The notes: generated by a model not told the origin, from the letters alone. 40,032 nucleotides of DNA from a virus (IMGVR_UViG_3300025665_000467:1-40032); one strand, 5' to 3'. Shown: positions 18,877 to 28,969, counted from the stretch's first letter. A program made the numbers and translations.

Positions 18877-19197
18877 ATGAACAATATACTATCAAAAATC
18901 TTCAAGAAGAGAGGAATTAAAGACGTAACAGAGCTTGATAAGGAAGAAAGACAACAGTTTGAACAATGGCAAGCTGTCCTTAATAAGGAAGAAATACAGA
19001 TTAAAGACATTGTAGAGTTTTGTGAGGGTGCTAAGAATATGATAGAGGCACAGTTCGGAGACATAGATATGGAAGATAGGAAGAAATCTATGTTAGCTTT
19101 ACAGCATTCTATCTACCGAACATTCACAGAACTAATCCACGCACCGACAACAGAGAAGGAAAACCTAACAAGATACTTGACAGATTTATTAAAGTAA
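18877..19197 (+). CDS. Hypothetical helical protein (head assembly region)
   Basis: Immediately upstream of scaffold unit. Confidence 0.65.
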   Translation: MNNILSKIFKKRGIKDVTELDKEERQQFEQWQAVLNKEEIQIKDIVEFCEGAKNMIEAQFGDIDMEDRKKSMLALQHSIYRTFTELIHAPTTEKENLTRYLTDLLK

Positions 19198-19270
19198 TTT
19201 ACACTAAAAGTAATTAAATACCCTAACCATACAAAGGCGGGAACTTCATCAAGGAGTTCTCGTCTTTTTA
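19177..19270 (+). promoter_or_regulatory. Late promoter plus leader with CCTAACC motif and terminator-like hairpin (copy 2, before scaffold/capsid)
   Basis: TTGACA-17-TACACT; CCTAACC 19222-19228; stem AAAGGCGGGAACTTC/GGAGTTCTCGTCTTT then T-run. Confidence 0.65.
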
Positions 19271-19289
19271 TTAACTAAACACAAAAAAT

Positions 19290-19466
19290 ATGTCATTTGG
19301 AAATACATCAAAAGATTTTAAGATAAAAGGAGCTAACTTTGCAGGCAGTCTAAAGCCTGACCCAGTAGCTGAAAGAAAGGTCACATCAACAGCTATCGGT
19401 AATCAACCACATGCTGGTGCTGGTGATAGATTTGGTAGCCCAATAAATGGAGGCAAGGCTAAATAG
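19290..19466 (+). CDS. Small G/P/K-rich protein (58 aa, not in ORF track)
   Basis: MSFGNTSKDFKIKGANFAG...GGKAK*; fills gap between leader and scaffold. Confidence 0.55.
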   Translation: MSFGNTSKDFKIKGANFAGSLKPDPVAERKVTSTAIGNQPHAGAGDRFGSPINGGKAK

Positions 19467-19526
19467 CTTTACAGGGGGCGTGCATCTTACACACGCATTT
19501 TATTAGAGAACCATTAACTCATAAAT

Positions 19527-20123
19527 ATGGAAAATAATAAAGAGGAAGTAGTGCCTCAAAATCCAGCTACAGAAGAGACAGCCGAAGTAGAAACTGAGGT
19601 TGTCGTTGAGGAAACTAAGACTGAAGAAGATACAGTATCTCCTGAAGACTTAGAAGAACTCAAGAAGAAGGCTGACGTTAGTTCTCAGAACTTTGAGAGA
19701 GCTAAGAAAGCCGAAGCTCGTGTTAAAGAGCTTGAATTATCAGACACTAACGATAGTTCTTCTGAATTTGAAGATGAGGATGTTAGTAAGTTGAAAAACG
19801 ATGTTACGGCTTTACAGTCAGAACTCGGACAATCTAAACTTACTAAGAAGTACCCGCAACTTGAAGAGACTTGGGAAGACTTTGAAAAGTACCACCAAGA
19901 CCCTGAAAATGCAGGTATGAAACTTGAGACCGCAGCCAAAGCCTTTCTAGTAGATAAAGATTTACTAGGAACTAGGCGTAAAGGGCTTGAAAAGGCCACT
20001 GGTGGTAACAAAGCACCTCAAACAACAGGAATGTCCCTTGAAGACATAGAGAATGTTCGTAAGAACGATGGTCCTAAGTATCGTGAGATGCTTAAAAAGG
20101 GTCAGATTAAGTTCAAGGGGTAG
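19527..20123 (+). CDS. Capsid scaffolding protein
   Basis: Acidic N-terminus, coiled coil, basic C-terminal helix; directly upstream of MCP. Confidence 0.75.
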   Translation: MENNKEEVVPQNPATEETAEVETEVVVEETKTEEDTVSPEDLEELKKKADVSSQNFERAKKAEARVKELELSDTNDSSSEFEDEDVSKLKNDVTALQSELGQSKLTKKYPQLEETWEDFEKYHQDPENAGMKLETAAKAFLVDKDLLGTRRKGLEKATGGNKAPQTTGMSLEDIENVRKNDGPKYREMLKKGQIKFKG

Positions 20124-20153
20124 GTCGCAGAAGACTATATAATATAAAATAAT

Positions 20154-21476
20154 ATGGCAACATTAAGTAATTTTGGTGAACAATTTGCATCTAAGGTACT
20201 CCGAAAGGTATACCAGAGTGCAGTTGTTGACGCTATTGCAAACAGAAACTACGAAGGAGACATTAAAAAGCCAGGAGATAGAGTAAACATTCTATCTTTC
20301 CTTAACGATATACTACTAAGTGACTACACAGTTGGGTCAGACATGCCGTCTGAAACAATCGTAGACCACGAAGATATACTTATCGTAGAGAAAAGAAAGA
20401 GTTACAACTTCTCTCTTGACCGATTGGAAGACCTCTTCACATACGGTGGAGATATTCCTGATGTCCTTGTTGAGAACTCTGCTAAAGTACTTGAGCGAGA
20501 AATTGATACATATGTATTGAATAAGACCGCTGAAAATGCTAAAGCAGGTTCATGGATTGGTACAAACATCATAGTAGCTGGCTCAGGTCAGACTATGGCA
20601 TCTATTGCTACAACAGCAACAGGCGGAACAGTAACAATCTCAACCAACGTAGTGAATGGAGGTGGAGTATCACCTGCTGAAAACCCAGCAGATGGTCTTC
20701 TTTACATGACAGGGTTTGAAGGTTCAGACCTATTCAAAGGATTCCGACTTCGTTCAACAGCAGCCTTTGTTTCTCCTTGGTATAGAATATCAGGAGTTAC
20801 AAGTTCAATCTCAGCTACTCTTACAGAGTGGGATGAGGCAACAGGAGGTTCTGACTTTGCAGAAGGAGACACACTACGTGGACTCTTCGGTGGAGACGGT
20901 ATTTCATTCCCTAAATATGGAGATGGAAATGCTAAATTGACAACAATGGCAAGTCTTGGATGGGAGATTCAAGCAGCAATCGCAACAGCGGTTACAGCTT
21001 CTACTATCTATGACCAAACAACTCTTCTATCAGAAGCGTTGGATGAAAACGAAGTTCCAACGGAATCTCGTAAAATCACACTACCGCCATCAGGTATCAC
21101 TATGCTTCGTCAAGCTAGTGAACTACAACCTACAGGAATTGCTGAGATTTTCTCAGGTACAGTTCTAAATGGTCGTGTAATGCGACTTGGTGGGTTTGAT
21201 GTTCACTCAGCAGCAGGTTCAAGAGTATCTACTAGAACAGGTCGCTCAACAGCGGCAGGATTTGGTGGAGACCTTGCACTAACGGCAGGAGTAACAGGTT
21301 ACCAGATTCCAGCAAACCAAATCGGTTTCGTTACATTTGCAGACAAATGGAGTGAGTCCCGAGTTGTAGATGCTGAAAAGCAATTTGCTAAACTATATCA
21401 AGGACTATTCCTCTACGGAGCGAAAGTACCTGATTTAGCAAGGAAGCTTGGAGCTATGCTCTTTGGTAGTTTTTAG
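20154..21476 (+). CDS. Major capsid protein (HK97 fold, P22-coat-like) with large insertion
   Basis: F...VL.......IANRNYEGDIK..GDRVNI, LDENEVP..R, G.V.RLGGFDV, GLFLYGAKV motifs. Confidence 0.88.
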   Translation: MATLSNFGEQFASKVLRKVYQSAVVDAIANRNYEGDIKKPGDRVNILSFLNDILLSDYTVGSDMPSETIVDHEDILIVEKRKSYNFSLDRLEDLFTYGGDIPDVLVENSAKVLEREIDTYVLNKTAENAKAGSWIGTNIIVAGSGQTMASIATTATGGTVTISTNVVNGGGVSPAENPADGLLYMTGFEGSDLFKGFRLRSTAAFVSPWYRISGVTSSISATLTEWDEATGGSDFAEGDTLRGLFGGDGISFPKYGDGNAKLTTMASLGWEIQAAIATAVTASTIYDQTTLLSEALDENEVPTESRKITLPPSGITMLRQASELQPTGIAEIFSGTVLNGRVMRLGGFDVHSAAGSRVSTRTGRSTAAGFGGDLALTAGVTGYQIPANQIGFVTFADKWSESRVVDAEKQFAKLYQGLFLYGAKVPDLARKLGAMLFGSF

Positions 21477-21486
21477 TAGCTAATTA

Positions 21487-21549
21487 GCTCGTTCGTAGTC
21501 GGACATTTCTCCTTTCGCAGAATGCCTGACTACACGAAAGGGAGCGAGC
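21487..21549 (+). other. Long stem-loop after capsid gene (processing or stability element)
   Basis: GCTCGTTC..GTAGTCGG/CTGACTAC..GAGCGAGC pairing; no U-tail. Confidence 0.5.
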
Positions 21550-21557
21550 ATACCCTT

Positions 21558-22313
21558 ATGTTTATAAAACTAAAAAGACTGTTCTTTAAAATTTTACGGA
21601 AGAACCCAGCTAAGATGCCTATGGTTCAATACTGGAAACATACTAATGCTGTACAAGCAAAAGTAATGGAAATAGATGGTGTTACAGTGATGCAAATGGA
21701 TGGAGAACCCCATATATTCCCTGGATTCCCTCGTGGTTGGCTCTTATATGGTCAATTATCTAAACTAAAGCATGAAATAAAGAATCAGATATTTAACGAT
21801 AACTGGTCTAATTTAGAGACAAATGAACCATTTAATGTGTGTAAACCACTAGAAAACATCTATGAATTGATGAAAGATACTGAATATGACAGGCTACCTG
21901 CTAGTAAAATGGTTAAGTCTGTAAGAGAGATACATAGAGCGTGGACTAAGATAGGTACACACCTACAATTAAGGGACTTAATATGTTTTATCTTACAAGA
22001 AGATGACTCTTATCGTTTTAGACTTCAATGGCTAGCTTCATACTTCCCTATTCTTAAGTTTTTTAACCCAGCAAAGGCGTTTACAAAAGCACTACCTTGG
22101 TTAGAACATGGAGAAATAATAGGAGATATGAAAGAAAGGCAGAGGTTATTTCGTAGGATTATAACCACACTACTTGAAGATGAGAGTGTCAGACAGCAGT
22201 TTAATGCACTTTTTAGAGAGATAAGATGGCGAAGAGTTAAATTAAGTAAAGCAGATAAGTACTTCTTTAGAGGTAAATACTACAAAGTAGACTTAGATAA
22301 GTTTGATTACTAA
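21558..22313 (+). CDS. Hypothetical protein
   Basis: Long ORF; start placed at the ATG after the hairpin rather than 21522. Confidence 0.7.
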   Translation: MFIKLKRLFFKILRKNPAKMPMVQYWKHTNAVQAKVMEIDGVTVMQMDGEPHIFPGFPRGWLLYGQLSKLKHEIKNQIFNDNWSNLETNEPFNVCKPLENIYELMKDTEYDRLPASKMVKSVREIHRAWTKIGTHLQLRDLICFILQEDDSYRFRLQWLASYFPILKFFNPAKAFTKALPWLEHGEIIGDMKERQRLFRRIITTLLEDESVRQQFNALFREIRWRRVKLSKADKYFFRGKYYKVDLDKFDY

Positions 22314-22419
22314 TGAAGACTACAAGAAATACAAAAGTTTGTAAGAAATGTGGAGTAGAGATACCAAAAGGTATATTTTGCAGGTTTCATCAAGAGAGAA
22401 AAGTTATTGAAAATAATAT

Positions 22420-23772
22420 ATGGCATCAACAGAAATAAAAGCATTAAGTTTCATATCAGGAGAGAGTTCATCCCCTGACTTATCAGATGGTGGTTTCTCA
22501 CCAGACTCATTTGGTATAAACTTATCCAAGACAAAAGGGATGCTTTATTTCACAGAGAGTCCAACAGAAAGAGCTGGTGTGACTCTCACAGGTAATATAG
22601 TAGCCTCTTGCGTAGACCCTGCACTTACAGGTAATGATGCTTATTATATAGCAGATGATGGTTCTTTCTATACATATAATGGAACTACATTTACTGATAA
22701 AAGAGCTGCCGCAGCAAACTATACTTATCAACTTGGTTCAACAGATATGATTCCTTTTAATGATGGAAACTTCTACTTCACCTCAAAGACAACAATAGGG
22801 CAGTTTGATAACAATATGGGAACTGTTACAGAAGATTGGTGGAGTGGATTAGATTCATCATATCGTCATCCTGTAGAAGTGGTGGAAAAGAAGCTCTTTG
22901 TAGGAGATAAAAACCTAATTCTTTACTATGATGGCACAACTTCAGGTACAGCGTTTACCCTACCAGCAGGACAGAATATAACCTCATTACGAAAACACCC
23001 TAATGGTACTTCCCTGCTCGCCTTTACAGGTGGTACAGCAGACTTCTCACACACTAGAAATGGTGCAGGGAAAGTGTATTACTGTGACCCTACTTTACAA
23101 GGAGCATCAGTAGATGGGTGGAGTAGAGAAGTAGAGCTAGAGGCACAGGTGGAGGGTACAAGGAATGTAGGAGGTACTATATTTGTAACTTGGGGTAAGA
23201 ATGTAGGTATATTTGATGGTAATGGACTAACTCCCTTAAATAAGGTATTAGAAACATCAGGTACTACTTACTCACAAAGTATGACTAATATGGAGGATAT
23301 CTTTGTTATAAGAGATGGTCGGTTGGTTCTATGTTATGGGAATCTAGGTAATGGAAATGCTTGGTGGAAACTACACAGAGAAGCAGTAGATGATATAAAC
23401 AATCTTCATTATAAAGGAGATAATGTTCTTTTAATGGCAACAGATAATGACGACTTAAATGAAATAGACTTAGATACTGCTGGTACAAATGGACAGTTTA
23501 GAACTAATAGAATGACTTATAATAGTGAGGTAGAGGTTAAAAGATTTGATTTAATACATGATGAAACTACTATAAGTACAGTTGCTACTTTTTCTGAAGT
23601 AAAATTAGATGGCTCAACAAATATAATAGAGAGTAAAGAATACTCAACAGCTACACACTTTACACGCTTCCCCTCAGATATTAAATCAAATATGTTTCAG
23701 TTTGGAATAAATCCATCATCAGGAGCAATAGGATATAAATATATAAGAATAGGATATGACCCAATCAAATAA
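22420..23772 (+). CDS. Putative tail nozzle / tubular protein B (beta-propeller-like)
   Basis: 450 aa beta-rich with repeated short strands; position after capsid. Confidence 0.6.
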   Translation: MASTEIKALSFISGESSSPDLSDGGFSPDSFGINLSKTKGMLYFTESPTERAGVTLTGNIVASCVDPALTGNDAYYIADDGSFYTYNGTTFTDKRAAAANYTYQLGSTDMIPFNDGNFYFTSKTTIGQFDNNMGTVTEDWWSGLDSSYRHPVEVVEKKLFVGDKNLILYYDGTTSGTAFTLPAGQNITSLRKHPNGTSLLAFTGGTADFSHTRNGAGKVYYCDPTLQGASVDGWSREVELEAQVEGTRNVGGTIFVTWGKNVGIFDGNGLTPLNKVLETSGTTYSQSMTNMEDIFVIRDGRLVLCYGNLGNGNAWWKLHREAVDDINNLHYKGDNVLLMATDNDDLNEIDLDTAGTNGQFRTNRMTYNSEVEVKRFDLIHDETTISTVATFSEVKLDGSTNIIESKEYSTATHFTRFPSDIKSNMFQFGINPSSGAIGYKYIRIGYDPIK

Positions 23773-23971
23773 CATAGCACCAGAAGTACCAAATGAAAAC
23801 CACATTCTTAACATAGAAGGGTTTATAGAGACCTTTACAGAAGCACCCACTTATACACCAAAGAAACTCTCACAACAGGTCGTCTTAGTGAGAGCAGGGG
23901 GAAGCACATCAGCTTACTTCTATGACACACTTAATACACAATGGAATCAGGTAACCTTAACTTCAATATAA
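23756..23971 (+). CDS. Small virion-associated protein
   Basis: Overlap-coupled in tail module. Confidence 0.55.
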   Translation: MTQSNNIAPEVPNENHILNIEGFIETFTEAPTYTPKKLSQQVVLVRAGGSTSAYFYDTLNTQWNQVTLTSI

Positions 23972-23972
23972 T

Positions 23973-24674
23973 ATGTTAGTCACATCAAATGATATAAAAA
24001 ATGACGTAATAGTAAAACTAGGTATCACAACTACCACAGCTTTTTATACTGACGCAATCTTAGATGATTGGATTCAACAAGCAGAGAGATGGGCTACTGC
24101 TTATAGGAAATGGCCTTTCTCAGAGGGTAAACAAGAAACTACTTATACCTCAGCTAATGAGGAATGGAACTTTGAAGGAATTAAAGCAGACTCTATACGA
24201 ATACTACAAATAGGAGGTAAGAGATTTGAAAAGGTTACTTTTGAAGACTATCAAATATTTAAAGAAGAGGAAGCATCAGGAACAGATAAAATCTTCTCTG
24301 ACTTTGGTAGAACTGTATATATAAATCCTAACACAGACGCATCAGGTACTCTTACAACTTGGGGTCAATTCCCACCTGTAGCTATTGATATGACTGAGCT
24401 TACTTCAACAACAATCTTCTCTAATGGAGATGAGGAGGGTAATACCGCTATTGTGGAAGAGGTGCTTTCGTATGCTAATACAAGAGAAAAGAAAGAAGAC
24501 GTAGCAAACTTCCATCATGACAGAGCAACACAGATACTAGACGGAGTATTTAAGAATTACCTTGATGAACAATTTAACTATAAGACATACAAGACTAGAG
24601 GAGGTATGTTTAAAAGAGTTAATGTGGTTCATGGAGATATACAAGATGCCCTTATAAAACGTAATCAATTCTAA
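23973..24674 (+). CDS. Putative head-tail adaptor / tubular protein A
   Basis: N-terminal helices (I..D....L...ILDDWIQQAE...WPF), beta middle, C-terminal helices typical of adaptors. Confidence 0.6.
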   Translation: MLVTSNDIKNDVIVKLGITTTTAFYTDAILDDWIQQAERWATAYRKWPFSEGKQETTYTSANEEWNFEGIKADSIRILQIGGKRFEKVTFEDYQIFKEEEASGTDKIFSDFGRTVYINPNTDASGTLTTWGQFPPVAIDMTELTSTTIFSNGDEEGNTAIVEEVLSYANTREKKEDVANFHHDRATQILDGVFKNYLDEQFNYKTYKTRGGMFKRVNVVHGDIQDALIKRNQF

Positions 24675-24675
24675 T

Positions 24676-26469
24676 ATGCCACAACAACATCAAGTACAAG
24701 CAGGAGATACAGTTTCAGCAATAGCAAAGCGTTTTAATGTACGCCCTGAAGATGTTTCTGGTTTTCGCTCAAATGACCCTAATGTAATCTTCCCAGGGGA
24801 AACTTTAAATATTCAACAGCAAACACTAGCACCAGAGGGTACACCACAAGCTCCACAGCAAGGACAAGTGGTAGATGGTTCAGCTCTACAACCAGCACAA
24901 GGTCAAAACGTAGTAGCTCCAACCCCTGAACTTCCTGCATCAGTAGAACAAACAGCACAGATACAACCTGCACAGCCCCCAGTGGATGCAGGAGCGGGTG
25001 CAATAACAGAAACTATTAAACAGTCAGGGGAGCAGGCAGAAGCCCCTACAGTGGCTGTTACGCCTGAAACTCCCATATCTCCAATACAAGACCTTGCAGA
25101 CCAGACTTTTGAACAAGCTGCGGCAAGTGCAGAGAGCTTCTTTACACCATCAGGAGCAGAAATATCACCAGAGGGAGAACTTGTAAACCCACCAGAAGAA
25201 CAACTAGACCAAGCTCTAGGTCAGTTTGGTATCTCAGGAGAAGCAGTAGGTCAAGGTTTTCAAACTAACCCATTTGGTACTATTTCAGATATAGTACAAC
25301 AAGTAATGCAGATGACAGGACTTCCTGATACTAGAGAACAAGTAACCAGTACAGCAAATGAAATTGAAGACTTAGAGAATGAAAGAGATAGACAAATAGC
25401 AGATATACAAGATGACCCATTCTCATCAGTGTCTTCTAAACGACAAAGAGCTCAAAATGTAAGTGATACTTTTGATAAAAGAATAAATGCAAGAGTAAAC
25501 AAACTCACACTTCTACAATCAGGGCAAGAAACAGCAAGACGGCAAGCACAATTCGCAGCTACAACTGCTATTAACTTATTTGGACAACAGCAAGAGTTCC
25601 AAGCAGATGAGGTAGAAAGGATATTAGATAGAGAAGAGAAGCAGTTAGAGGCGGAAAGGGGACTAGGAAAAGAAAAACTGGAAAGCCAATTATTACAAGA
25701 AAGAATTACGAGTGAACGATTAAGTCAAGCTAAAACGAAAGCACAAACCGCAGGAATTATTGCAGATACAAGTGGTATATCAACTGAAGCATCAGGACAA
25801 TTTGCAGGTATTATAGATGCAGCGTCTAACCTTGTAGGAGCAGAAAGGGGAAAGACAAGTAGGCGTGCTATAACAAAAGCTGTTGCTGATGGAGATTATG
25901 CAACCGCATATGCGGAAGTTGCTAATAATGTTGAAGCATCACTTACTGGCACAGTAAAAACTCGTTTTGCTAATTCAAGAAATGATATACAAGTAATGGC
26001 GGGTATGCGTAATACTATTGAACAATATGCAGCAGAGGGAGGGGATATGAGTTTATTGAGAGGTAAAACAGAAGAAATAGAGCGTAAACTAGGAATACTT
26101 GCTGAAGACCCTAAAGCAACAGCAATAGCGGTACAATTACAAAGAGAATTCCAAACATATAGGAATATAATGACAGGAGCAGCCTTTACACCAGCAGAAT
26201 CACGAGAATACGCATCTGTAAACCCACGAAGTACAGCAAGTATAGAACTTAACTTAGCTACAATAGACGGAGCATTAAATCAACTTGAGAATAGAATTAC
26301 AGGGACAGTAAACGCTAGAATACCAACAGCCTCTAAACTTTTTGATGTTGTTACAGGTGAAGCACAGTTAGACTTAGACCCAGCAACAGCACCAGTAGGA
26401 ACTATGTTAAATATGGGTGGGTCGGTATATAGAAAGATAGGAGAAGATGAATATGAGTTAATACAATAA
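24676..26469 (+). CDS. LysM-domain internal virion / ejection protein
   Basis: N-terminal LysM HQVQAGDTVSAIAKRFNV...NVIFPGETLNI; P/Q linker; helical C-terminus with TGAAFT..E motif. Confidence 0.7.
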   Translation: MPQQHQVQAGDTVSAIAKRFNVRPEDVSGFRSNDPNVIFPGETLNIQQQTLAPEGTPQAPQQGQVVDGSALQPAQGQNVVAPTPELPASVEQTAQIQPAQPPVDAGAGAITETIKQSGEQAEAPTVAVTPETPISPIQDLADQTFEQAAASAESFFTPSGAEISPEGELVNPPEEQLDQALGQFGISGEAVGQGFQTNPFGTISDIVQQVMQMTGLPDTREQVTSTANEIEDLENERDRQIADIQDDPFSSVSSKRQRAQNVSDTFDKRINARVNKLTLLQSGQETARRQAQFAATTAINLFGQQQEFQADEVERILDREEKQLEAERGLGKEKLESQLLQERITSERLSQAKTKAQTAGIIADTSGISTEASGQFAGIIDAASNLVGAERGKTSRRAITKAVADGDYATAYAEVANNVEASLTGTVKTRFANSRNDIQVMAGMRNTIEQYAAEGGDMSLLRGKTEEIERKLGILAEDPKATAIAVQLQREFQTYRNIMTGAAFTPAESREYASVNPRSTASIELNLATIDGALNQLENRITGTVNARIPTASKLFDVVTGEAQLDLDPATAPVGTMLNMGGSVYRKIGEDEYELIQ

Positions 26470-26473
26470 TATT

Positions 26474-28357
26474 ATGGCAACATTTACACTAGCACAATTA
26501 CAAGAACAACATGGAGAGGTAAAACCCAAAAAGGTCTTTTCTTTGGAAGACATACAGCAACAACAAACCCAACAAACACAAGGTAATCAGTTTGAATTAG
26601 GTGAAAGGTCTACCGAGGGTCTTAGTGGTGTAGGTAAGTTTGTACTTGGTGCAACAGGTGGTAGAAAAATAGCAGAGGGATTAGGACAGGCTATTGCAGC
26701 CCCAGGAATTCAAAGAACTTTGGCTAAAGAGCAAGAAGAAACATTTGCAATGCAACAAAAAGGATTAGAACTTATACGAGCTAAAAGAGCAAGGGGGGAA
26801 GATACATCACGATTAGAGAAAGCCTTAGAGGGAAGTAGAGAATTAACAGCATTTTTAGCAGGTTCACAACAAGACTTTGGAGAATCACTTGTCACTGGTA
26901 AAGAGATAGCTGGTTCAGCATTACGGTTAGGAACATTCGCAGCAGGTGGAACTCTTGGAAAGTTTGCAACGAAAGCATTTGCACTTGGTAAAGCTACAAC
27001 CTTTGCAGGCGGTGCATTGCGAGGTGCGGGGGCTGGAGCAGCTACTGGTGGAGTATTTGGAGGTGCTACAGGTGCTGGTGTAGCCCTAGAGGAGGGCAAG
27101 GGTACAGGAGACGTTCTTAAATCAGCAGGATTAGGGGCTGGCTTAGGTGTTGCCACAGGAGGGGTATTGGGGGCATTAACAGGTGGAGTTTCTGGTGTAG
27201 TACAAAGCAGAAGAACAATACGAGAAGAAGCAGAGAGATTATTAAGAACAAAGCCAGACGTGACAGTTGTGAAAGAAAAGTTATCAGCACAAGGACAGGT
27301 AGTAAAGGACAAGGTAGCAAGAGAAGCGATTAAACAAGGGGTGGATGAGGGAGTAGTAGCAACAGTTAAAAATTCATCTAGAGCAGATAAATTAAAGATG
27401 AACCAGATGGTAGATATATTAGAAAAAGGGAAAAAAGACCCTACCTTTGGTGCGGTAAATAGACCAAGTGATGTAATTGGCGACTCTGTGCTGGAAAGAT
27501 TTAAAGTAGTAAGCACAGCAAATAAAACAGCAAGTAAACAGCTTGACCAAGTAGCTAAGAATCTTAAAGGTCAGCCAGTTGATATAACCGAATCGGTACA
27601 AGGATTCATAGATGATTTAGATAATTTAGGAGTAAAATTTAGAAACGGGAAACCTTCCTTTGAAGGTTCAAGAATAGAAGGGTTAACAGAACCACAAAAT
27701 ATAATAAATACCATAGTCAAAAGAATGTCTGGTGTATCTGACGATGCTTTTGATGTGCATAACCTTAAAGGATTTATTGATGAACAAGTAACATTTGGTA
27801 AAACAAGTGGGGGTCTTACTGGTAAAACCGAATCCATACTAAAAGGATTAAGAAAAGCATTAGATGGAACACTTGATGAGAATTTTACACAATACAATAA
27901 AGTAAATACAACATTCTCTACAACAAAAAATGCTATGGATAATTTCATAAAGGCGGCAGGTTCTAACTTTGATGCTACAGCTCCCAATGCAGAGGCACAG
28001 ATAGGAACACTAACAAGGCGTATATTAAGTAACGCACAATCGAGAATTACAGTACTAAACTCAATGAATAAACTTCAAGAGGTTGCTAAAGCGCAAGGTG
28101 GTAAATTCTCAGACGACATAATATCTCAAACAGTATTTGTAGATGACTTAGAAAGAATATTTGGCCCACAAGCTAAAACAGGTCTAGCTTCAGAGGTGGC
28201 TAAAGGCGTGCAACAAGCAAGAGGTGTTACTGGTAAGTTAAAATCAGCACAAGGAATAGGAGATATTGTATTACAAACAAGTGCTGAAGCGATAGAGAAA
28301 GCACGAAATATAAACCCAGAAGGGCTTGTAAAATCTATAAGAGCTTTACTCAAATAG
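26474..28357 (+). CDS. DNA ejection / internal virion protein with Gly-Ala-rich membrane-inserting segments
   Basis: GxxxG-rich hydrophobic stretches then long helical domain; last structural gene. Confidence 0.65.
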   Translation: MATFTLAQLQEQHGEVKPKKVFSLEDIQQQQTQQTQGNQFELGERSTEGLSGVGKFVLGATGGRKIAEGLGQAIAAPGIQRTLAKEQEETFAMQQKGLELIRAKRARGEDTSRLEKALEGSRELTAFLAGSQQDFGESLVTGKEIAGSALRLGTFAAGGTLGKFATKAFALGKATTFAGGALRGAGAGAATGGVFGGATGAGVALEEGKGTGDVLKSAGLGAGLGVATGGVLGALTGGVSGVVQSRRTIREEAERLLRTKPDVTVVKEKLSAQGQVVKDKVAREAIKQGVDEGVVATVKNSSRADKLKMNQMVDILEKGKKDPTFGAVNRPSDVIGDSVLERFKVVSTANKTASKQLDQVAKNLKGQPVDITESVQGFIDDLDNLGVKFRNGKPSFEGSRIEGLTEPQNIINTIVKRMSGVSDDAFDVHNLKGFIDEQVTFGKTSGGLTGKTESILKGLRKALDGTLDENFTQYNKVNTTFSTTKNAMDNFIKAAGSNFDATAPNAEAQIGTLTRRILSNAQSRITVLNSMNKLQEVAKAQGGKFSDDIISQTVFVDDLERIFGPQAKTGLASEVAKGVQQARGVTGKLKSAQGIGDIVLQTSAEAIEKARNINPEGLVKSIRALLK

Positions 28358-28438
28358 ACTGACAATAAAAGCAATACAAAATATCGCAAAATGTATTACA
28401 AAATAACTGACAATTAGAAAAATTAGAATATTAAACAT
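28346..28438 (-). CDS. 30-aa single-TM peptide (not in ORF track), convergent to structural operon
   Basis: MFNILIFLIVSYFVIHFAIFCIAFIVSLFE*; own promoter TTGATT-16-TATGGT 6 nt upstream. Confidence 0.55.
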   Translation of the reverse strand: MFNILIFLIVSYFVIHFAIFCIAFIVSLFE

Positions 28439-28444
28439 ACCCAC

Positions 28445-28490
28445 ACCATACCACACCACCCAAACTAATCAACACATACCTGTTCATAAC
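28445..28490 (-). promoter_or_regulatory. Promoter with GTTATGAACA box
   Basis: Minus strand: GTTATGAACA-8-TTGATT-16-TATGGT (TGTGG extended -10). Confidence 0.5.
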
Positions 28491-28536
28491 TACTTTATAA
28501 TTACTTTATCAAAATTTTATCTTTAATTTATATAAT

Positions 28537-28842
28537 ATGAAAGAACACTATTCAAAAAACGAAACAAACTTAATGTTTCAATCAATGAATGATAAATTAG
28601 ATAATTTAAAGGCTATTGCCGAAGATAATTTAGAGCAAGCAAAACTTACAAACGGCAGAGTAAATAAAGTAGAAAGAAGGCAGTATGGTTTTACTGTTGG
28701 TTTAACTGTCATTGTGGTAATCCTACTTCCATTGCTTGTCTGGGCCTTAAACACTATTGTAGATTTGAAAAGTAATGGTGCGATTGATACAGAAAAAGTA
28801 GTATCTCAATTAAGAGAAGATTATATTATAACAATAAAGTAA
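28537..28842 (+). CDS. Membrane protein in lysis cassette (holin/antiholin-like)
   Basis: Coiled coil, TNGRV..E motif, one TM helix. Confidence 0.55.
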   Translation: MKEHYSKNETNLMFQSMNDKLDNLKAIAEDNLEQAKLTNGRVNKVERRQYGFTVGLTVIVVILLPLLVWALNTIVDLKSNGAIDTEKVVSQLREDYIITIK

Positions 28843-28843
28843 T

Positions 28844-28969
28844 ATGGCTAAAAAAACACTCATAATAGAAAGAAGACCTAAAAAGACTATGACGATTTCA
28901 GAGAAGCCGACGATTATCTTTAAAAAGAAATCTAAGACTAAGTTTAGATGGCGAGGTGCATTTGCGTAA
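28844..28969 (+). CDS. Small basic protein (41 aa, not in ORF track)
   Basis: MAKKTLIIERRPKK...RWRGAFA*; 1-nt gaps to neighbours on both sides. Confidence 0.5.
   Translation: MAKKTLIIERRPKKTMTISEKPTIIFKKKSKTKFRWRGAFA

Noticed and set aside
21465-21549. Frameshift or readthrough extension of capsid protein
   Set aside because: Tandem TAG TAG, and stops within a few codons in both shifted frames
26710-27987. Long minus-strand ORFs (also 16750-17268, 14197-15048, 37187-37723)
   Set aside because: Antisense shadows of well-supported plus-strand genes with biased codon usage
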